A DNA stretch of 64,000 nt from Sminthopsis crassicaudata (lineage: Eukaryota), in the NCBI RefSeq assembly GCF_048593235.1, contig NC_133623.1, forward strand, positions 43,144,211-43,208,210, given 5' to 3'. The translations under genes were made by a program, and so were the position numbers. Below the pieces are notes generated by a model. That model saw only the letters and a program-made list of their open reading frames with translations, was not told where the DNA came from and searched no databases. Shown piece after piece: positions 63,701 through 64,000 of this stretch; the stretch's first letter is position 1; the number at the start of each line of letters is the position of its first letter.

Positions 63701-63860
63701 TCTGCTCTATGTCTGCTCTATGTCCAGATGGCTCTGGAGGACAAAGTGACACTGGTGGCTTTGCATAGACCTCCCTCACTTCAATCCAATTCACTTGCAT
63801 GTCATGGCCTTCACCTCTGTGAGTAGTAAGTAGTAGGAGCCAATAAGAACTAGCCAATTT

Positions 63861-64000
63861 GGGGGCAACTAGGGGGCGCAGTGGATAGAGCACCAGCCCT
63901 GAATTCAGGAGGACCCGAGTTCAAATGTGACCTCAGAGACTTAAAACTTCCCAGCTGTGTGACCCTGGGCAAGTCACTTAACCCTGGGGCGGGGGGGAAC
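63861..64000 (+). mobile_element. CORE-SINE (WSINE1-like), runs off the window end
   Basis: gggggcaactagggggcgcagtggatagagcaccagccctgaattcaggaggacccgagttcaaat. Confidence 0.92.

Overview
Vertebrate genomic DNA, very probably marsupial. The ~140-bp CORE-SINEs of WSINE1 type, MAR1-type tails and marsupial-style L1 3' ends point that way; a dasyurid is plausible but is inference. One protein-coding gene is well supported: a single-exon-CDS Ly6/uPAR (three-finger) GPI-anchored protein on the minus strand at 24031-24429, recognisable as SPACA4/Bouncer family. It has a downstream AATAAA, a splice-acceptor-like site just before the ATG, and a perfect 18-bp SOX-type palindrome 100 bp upstream. No FAM83E exons (the eutherian host gene) were seen. 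The most striking non-gene structure is a ~13-kb satellite (30330-43550) of 47-51-bp monomers organised as ~197-bp tetramers and ~540-bp 11-mer higher-order repeats. It has a homogeneous core, diverged flanks, several in-register orientation flips forming fold-backs, and about ten retroelement insertions, two of them at fold-back centres. The rest is L1, L2, L3/CR1, MIR/SINE, hAT MITEs, a solo LTR, microsatellites and two N gaps. Three L1 insertions have non-canonical architecture but clear TSDs. MIR fragments are numerous and not listed individually. Repeat boundaries are approximate unless a TSD is quoted.
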